A stretch of 64,000 nucleotides of DNA from Amoebidium appalachense (lineage: Eukaryota > Protista > Ichthyosporea). Of the stretch, positions 42,793-64,000 are shown piece after piece. The notes beneath the pieces are model-generated. The model saw only the letters and a program-made list of their open reading frames with translations, ran no database searches and had not been told where the DNA came from. The stretch's first letter is position 1. The number at the start of each line of letters is the position of its first letter. A program made the translations under genes and the position numbers. The stretch is taken from the NCBI GenBank assembly GCA_963693365.1, contig CAVNZM010000006.1, positions 558,001 to 622,000 on the forward strand, in the 5' to 3' direction.

Positions 42793-44054
42793 ATATGGAA
42801 ATGTGTGGTGTGCATGGCCCCACTTTCCTAATATGGTCAATGACCTAATATGGTTATTGGTCAGAGCAACCAGGTGACTGACTAATGATGTCAGTGTTTG
42901 TGGCACTTAGTGCAAAGAGTGTACAGTAGGTGGCATTATGAGTGGAAGATAGGTGACCTTTTGAGGTTTGTAGGGTTGTGTTTGGTTGCAATGTGATCAA
43001 GCTTGGTATGCAGGGATGGACACAGCTGATTGGCCAATTGGTCGTCCGAGACATAGTGGAATGTAAAATCTGTGACTGTGATTGATGATTAGAAATTTTA
43101 ATTTTAATTTTAGCCAGCTGTCTTCATGTGATTGGTTCGTGTGACCAATGCACGTACCCATCGGTAAACCCTATTAATGGGCAGTAAAGCCAAATCGAGA
43201 TGATTGCAAAGACAACTGCTCCCGCTCCCCCTCCCCCCTCCCCAAACAACAACAACAACAACAACGACAAAAAAAAAACAAAAAAAACAAACAAAAAAAA
43301 CCTCCCCCTCCAAAAAGAGTTTCCCGGTTCGAAACACACTCGTAGCACACACCCCCACCACCCCCATCCCACCATTGACGATCAGTACCACACACATCTG
43401 CACACGCGTGCCGTCAATCCCTCCAGCCATCTAACATGTATTCAGTTCACCTTAAGGCAGGCACCAGTGACTTAGTGTTGGTCAACTATGTCCAGATTGA
43501 AAAACCTGCCCATTTCAAAATAAATGAGTGGGGCTTACACAGTGGCCGTATGGGAATCCACCTCTGAAACAGAGGGGAGGCACATCATTATAGCCTTGAG
43601 TAGTCTAAGGTCGGGATGTGTTTATTGAGGCTACAAACGAAACAGATTATGGTTCTTGTATGATGCATACATCCTGTACAAAAGTAAAGAGCATCAAACT
43701 GCTTGGGTTCTTCGTGCATTGAGTTGAAAGTGTGACTGGGCACATTTCATTTTGTATGTGTGGCTAAACGACGATACATCCTACTTTGTAATAAAAAAAA
43801 AAGAAAAGCAAAGGAAGCTCAACTTTCTAAACAACAACCAACGCGCATCCACAGTAGCGCTCATTCACGCATGGCCATACGATCCACAACACACACACAC
43901 ACACACTCAACATGTGTAGAAATCCCCCCGTGCCTTCCTCTGCCTCCCCCCCCCCCCCCCCCCCACTGCCGCCGCCCCAAAACTCAGACATATCCAATGT
44001 ATTTTCCTTGAACATCCACGAGCTGCTATACAGTTTACCCCCTCCCCCCCCCCC

Positions 44055-44088
<34 letters not shown>

Positions 44089-44254
44089 ACATACACACAC
44101 ACCCTCCATCTTTGCTATATATATTAGCACATGCAGTATGTACATGACGCCATGGATACAACATCCACCCCAGCCAACGTCTATCCCAAACAAGTCCTCG
44201 ATATATCCCACCCATACCCTAGACATACGACATATACCCGGTATATCCCACCCA

Positions 44255-58787
<14,533 letters not shown>

Positions 58788-59355
58788 TTCCTCCCTCGCG
58801 CCTACTCGCCCACTCACTTATTCTTTGTTCGGAAATTGTTCCCTACACCTTCCCTCCTCTGTGTGCATGCAGTCACAAACAGCGGCTGATCATAATCATC
58901 GCCGGGCCCGGCCGGCCGGTGCACATTTGTGAGCCACTCGGGGGTTGCAATAAAAAGCACAGATTTGCACTTATACTGGCAATGAAATTTGGGGCGATTT
59001 CGGGGATTACGATAGTACCCCCCATGCAAGTTTGAGGTTTTCAACCGCCACACACAGTCTTCAACACTCAGAAACGCACAGAAAAAAGAGGGGAAGGTCG
59101 CTTCTGCTCTGTTTTTTTACCTTGTACATTCGTGGTGACTTTAGGAGAAATCTTGGTGTATATGCCCCAGTGGTCGTAGTTTCCCTTTATCTGTGAGTTT
59201 CTAGCTTTTCTATACTAGCTATTGATTAATTTATGCTTCATCTTGGCAAGCCTGCCCTCGTTTGTTCCATGCACAACTGTCATTTGTTTACACAACACTA
59301 CAGAACAGGTCAGGGAATATTTCATGTTGTGTGGTGCATCTAGGAGTCCGATACA
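58788..59355. promoter_or_regulatory. Probable bidirectional promoter between the ABC transporter and INTS3
   Basis: Head-to-head start codons ~570 bp apart; the interval is free of simple repeats and retains CpG. Confidence 0.55.
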
Positions 59356-60408
59356 ATGCAGTCTACAGCCGGGCAGCTTGGGGCCCAAAGGTCCATGGAG
59401 GGAGAGCAAGCGCCCGTGCAGCGTCCGCCCGAGAGAGTAGCTCCACCGTCCAGGCTGTTTGCTTACACAATCCTCAGCCCGGTGGATGATGTTGACAAGG
59501 TAATGGCACGGGTGTTCTTAGGAGGGCGGTGAGGATTATGGTAGCTCATTATTGCCAACAACACTGGTAGGGGGTGTGACCCTCAGCACGGACCGATTGC
59601 CTTGATCGTGAATGGATTCTTGCTTCGAACATCGTCTTACCTCGTGTGTGTGGGTATGGGCGTGTGCGTGTTTGTTACCTCTGTCGGTGGAGATAACCAT
59701 ATACAACGGTATTGCGCTGGTTAAACGATGCACTGAAGTAATGGTCTACGTCACGGTTAACGGTTCTCGAAAGACTTGACATGAAAAGGTGGATACGGCG
59801 AGCTTTAGGTGACTGTGCCCAGGGTGTGGAATGGAGGGGAGGGAGGGGGGGGGGGGGGGGGGATTAACATGGTGACTTGCATTCGTAGTTGCATTTGTGA
59901 GAACCGATATGTGAGGCCACCTTTTGTTGCATTACAGGAGTGTCCGTTTCCGAGCCCAGTTAGGATGATACGCTGTCTGACGGGCACTGTGCAGGCCTGG
60001 GCCCCACGATACCAGCAGCTGCAGGAGCTTGTGGAGAACATGCCAGAGGTGGATGCCAAGAATATACTCGTACAAAAGGTGGGTGGTGGGGAGGGTACGG
60101 AGGGCAGTTGATTTCGTGCTTATAGTATGGTTGGATGTTCAAGGCTTGAGGGTGGCAGGGTTCGTGTCAGAGGGGTGGGGGGGGCGTCGGGCTGATGGCT
60201 TATTTGTCAAGATGTTATTGACAGCGAAATTGCCGTGTGTTCTACACTGCAATTTGTGACAGTGTTTGCACCTCTGTATAGTCAACGTCATGCTAAGCAA
60301 TCGTCGCATTGGATCTCCATGACCTTTAGCCATCACACATTCAGACCGTTAAGGGGTGAGATGGAATTTTACACGACAGGCCTTTTCATGCTCATATTTA
60401 TTTATTCT

Positions 60409-60439
<31 letters not shown>

Positions 60440-60873
60440 GGGGGGAGGAGGGGGAAGGGTTAGGGGTCGTGCACGTGAGACCGTATAATGGATGGTAACG
60501 GGCATGGCTGCAGGTGACGAGCAGCCAGACGGGGCAGCTGATTGACCTTGTGCTGGGGCTGCTGTACGGCATGCTGGTCAGCCCAGAGTATGCTCCAAAG
60601 GTATTTTGTGGCTCATATTCGTGTACACTTGTGTGCATGTATGTCTGTTGCATGACATAGATTCCCCATCGTGCCCACCTTTTCTGTTTTCTTATTTATT
60701 CAGTGCTATTGACCTTCCCGTGGGAAGGGGAGAGGGTGGGTGGATGGGTGGTGTTGGTGTGTGTGTGTGTGTGTTGGGGGGGGGGGGGGGGGGGGGGGGG
60801 GGTTACATGGGGCTTGGTCGGCCGGGAACTTTTATTTATTTATTTATTTATTTATTTTTTTTTTTATTTTTTT

Positions 60874-60911
<38 letters not shown>

Positions 60912-61000
60912 TTTGGGGCAGCTAAAAACACAAAGGTTAAGTTGAACCAAAGAAGGTGAGTAGGGTAACGAATTCTTTCAAACCCACAACCTTCCGGCCC

Positions 61001-61034
<34 letters not shown>

Positions 61035-61687
61035 CTCCCTGTTCTGACGGGCTGTGCAGTGCTGGCAGTTTCTGCGGGCCATGCAGGTGCAGCGCATGAC
61101 GGTGGGGGTGGCCTGCGACAACCTGACCCACGTGGTCAACCACAGATACCCGGAGCTGCTGCCCACAGCAAAGAGGCAGGTCCGTGGGTATTGCTATTAC
61201 TATAATAGTTGTATTGTTGTTGTTGTTATTGTTATTATTCCACTAATACCATTACATTTATTAGTGTTGTAATTATTTTTACTAGTACCACTCGTGCTAC
61301 TATTGCTGTTCTTATCATTAATATTGATGTTATTGGTGTTATGTGTGTTTTTTGGGGCCGCTGGGAGGAGACACGGGGGGGTGGGTTGGGGGGGGGGGAC
61401 CAGAATTCAGGAGGGAGGACAAGCCTGCCTGGGTGCAGGGACTGGTGGGGGAAAATCACTAGCGCAGTAGACATGTTCAGTGATTCCTTCTCTTTGCTTA
61501 TTGTCGTTGTTGTATAGATGATATACATGGGTGGGTGGCTAGTGCAAGTTCCAAAGGGAGATAAGGTTAGGGGTGGCAACCACTTGCGGACACGGCTACA
61601 CGGGACACCATGCCAGGGGCTGTACGGGCATGCTCGTGCAAGACTGCTTGAGTGCATGTTTGTGAAAGTTAACATATGCTTACTAGA

Positions 61688-61720
<33 letters not shown>

Positions 61721-61786
61721 AGCCTCCCCTTTTCCTTTCCTTTCCTTTCCTTTCTTTTTCTTTCGTTGCTTTGATTTTTTTTTTTT

Positions 61787-61825
<39 letters not shown>

Positions 61826-62169
61826 GCTGGAATAGAGAGGAAAAACAGATCCCCAGCTTTGGTCTGATCGTAGTAGAAGCAGTGTTGTGCTGGATTGTAC
61901 AGTGGATTCAGTATCTGTTGCTGGGTATTTGTCTGTTGTTCTGGTTTCAACATGTCGTATGGCCCACTTACTTGCCACGCGGAAGCCTGATATCTGCTGC
62001 ACCGCAGCTTGTGTGGGTGCTTGGCCAGTTTGCACGGGACGGCACTCCAGAGGCCGAGCCACTGATCAGAAACATGTTGCGCTGGATGGCCGGTCCGTAC
62101 ATACCCCCCCCCTTCTTCCCCCTTCCCCCCTCTCCCTCCACATATATGGCACGCAGGGCTGTAATGTGT

Positions 62170-62211
<42 letters not shown>

Positions 62212-64000
62212 ACACACACCATCACCACCACCACCGCCACCACCATGCATACTCTTGTGTGTGCCATGCCACCTGCATTGTGTTGCCCGTTGTAAATATG
62301 TACTCCGTATTCTGTTGGCATTCTACCCATCATCCCCCCCCTCCCCCCCCCCCTCCCCCCCCCCCCCCACCTCCGGTTGTCCTTCATGACTGTATACTTA
62401 GTACTCTACAACACATCCCCCCCCCCCCCCCCCCTCTCTTTATGGCACATTAGGACGGTGCTGTGGCAGCATGCACTGGTGTACTGTAGGGCCAGTGCAC
62501 TGACGGTGGTGGGTGCAGGGGGGATGTGACGAAGGACAACATGGACCTGGTGGCCGGCATGCTCTCCCTGCTCAGCGAAAACAAGTCGGTCTCAATATAC
62601 TCCCCCCCCCCCCCCCCCCCTCCCCCTCCCCCCCCCACACGCACACGCACACACTTCTTTTCCTCGTTTTTAGTGGAGTGAGGGCTTTTTTGGGCCGGAA
62701 ATGGGTGGTGGGTAATATCGGGTTTGTTGGTGCTGGTATTGGTTGGGGTATTGCGGCTGTTGATTGAAGTCGCTTCTATCCTGGCTTTGTACTGACCCTC
62801 TTTTCCCTGGACGGTTGTGGTGGGGGCGGCGGTGGTGTGTGTGTGTGTGTGTGGGGTGGGGGGGGGGAGGGGGGGGGGGGGGGAAGGTTGCACATGTATG
62901 TATGGATGAGGAATTTTTTTTCCCCGTTTGCAGTTATGGGTCGACATGTGCATTGCATGGTGCCAAATGAGCGCAATTTCACGTGCACACAAGGTCCCTT
63001 CTGCTCATTAAAAAGTAGGAATAGTGTTAGTGGTGGCTCAGCTCTAACCATATACGTGCAGGGCCTATGTTGGTCGGCACCCCCAGCTAGTCAGCCACAG
63101 CATCTACACGTACCTGCGGCTCATAGCAGACCACAGGGACCATAGGGAGCTGAGGGCTAGAGAGGCAAACTACTGCGCTGAGATGATTACTGCACACGTG
63201 AGTTGTCTAAAAGATTTATCTTACTATATCTTACTAAATCATGTTTTATTTTATTGTGGGGGGGGAGGGGGGTTGGGGGGGGGGTTCCAGGGCCCACGCT
63301 TTTTCGTGTGTGTGTGTGTGTGTGTGCGTGCGCGCGCGCGTGTGCGTGTCTATATGTATGTTTTTTTATGCTGGTGATCGTTTTTTTGTTTGTTTTTTTT
63401 TGTTTTTTTTTTTTTTTTGGGGGGGGGGGGGGGGGGTTGGCAATATAACCCAATAAAAGCACCATCGACTAGGCTCACCATGACTAGATCGCATTGTTGG
63501 AAACTGCATCCGGAACCACGTAGGCTGGAAAATGTGGTGTGTTTTTTTTGTCACTGTTACAATGCCTGGGCCACTGACTGGGGGGGCCGGCAGCAAACCG
63601 AATGCTTTGCCATCGGCAGAGAACTCATCCGAGTGCTCCAAGGTGAGTGGGGGCATGGGTGGGTGTAGAGTGGTGGGTGCTGGGGGTGTAGTTTGCACGT
63701 GATACTTGTCTGCTTTCCTTCTTAGCAGGCCAAATCTTTATGAGCCAATAGATACTGTGTGTGTGTGTGTGTGCAGTGAGCCAATAGATATTTTGTGTGT
63801 ATGCAGTGAGCCAATAGATATTGTATGTGTGTGTGCAGTGAGCCAATAGATATTGTGTGTTTGTGCAGTGAGCCAATAGATCTTGAGTGTATGTGCATTA
63901 GACCAATGTTCTGGTGGGCCCATCACCTTTGCTGACTGCACCCACAGACTGTGCGCTGCTGCCCGTCATCAGGGTCGTCTGGGAGAGATTGCTCAAGCAG
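59356..64000 (+). CDS. INTS3: Integrator complex subunit 3 (SOSS-A), 5' part, truncated by window end
   Basis: Exons 59356-59499, 59995-60078, 60514-60600, 61060-61179, 62008-62092, 62519-62584, 63062-63197, 63594-63642, 63948->64000. Peptides LVLGLLYGML, RQLVWVL, MAGGDVTKDN, SIYTYLRLIADH, ECFAIGRELIRVLQ match recalled INTS3 motifs (QLVWLV, IAGGDVTAKN, AVYTYLRLIVDH, ECLMIGRDLVRLLQ). The start could be ATG 59395. Confidence 0.88.
63742..63910. repeat. ~30-bp tandem repeat x5-6 containing GAGCCAATAGATA (INTS3 intron)
   Basis: gtgagccaatagatattgtgtgtgtgtgca-like units with a variable TG spacer. Confidence 0.85.

Overview
Intron-rich eukaryotic genomic DNA. The gene set (animal/fungal-type M28 glutaminyl cyclases, INTS3, a TAPL-like ABC half-transporter) suggests a unicellular holozoan-like opisthokont; that is an inference. 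Introns and intergenic DNA are full of C/G/A homopolymers and (CA)/(TG)/(CT) microsatellites, so nearly all long ORFs in the six-frame track are spurious. Gene models built by hand from GT-AG junctions: first exon of an unknown gene running off the left edge (-); QPCT-like paralog 1 (+, 1868-8337, 8 exons); single C2H2 zinc-finger protein (-, 11171-12541); QPCT-like paralog 2 (-, 19744-26198, 8 exons); GH63/MGH1-like glycosidase (+, 27749-42792, 25 exons); ABCB9/TAPL-like half-transporter (-, 44255-58787, 23 exons including a 13-nt microexon); 5' part of INTS3 (+, 59356 to window end). Non-coding highlights: two copies of a ~190-bp structured element with its homopolymer on the unexpected side (A-head/T-tail) and a 10-11-bp TSD; two copies of a retroelement 3' end abutting C-runs; several MITE/foldback elements; several near-perfect minisatellites; and splice sites flanked directly by simple repeats instead of U-rich polypyrimidine tracts. 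No database search was run; family calls rest on recalled motifs.
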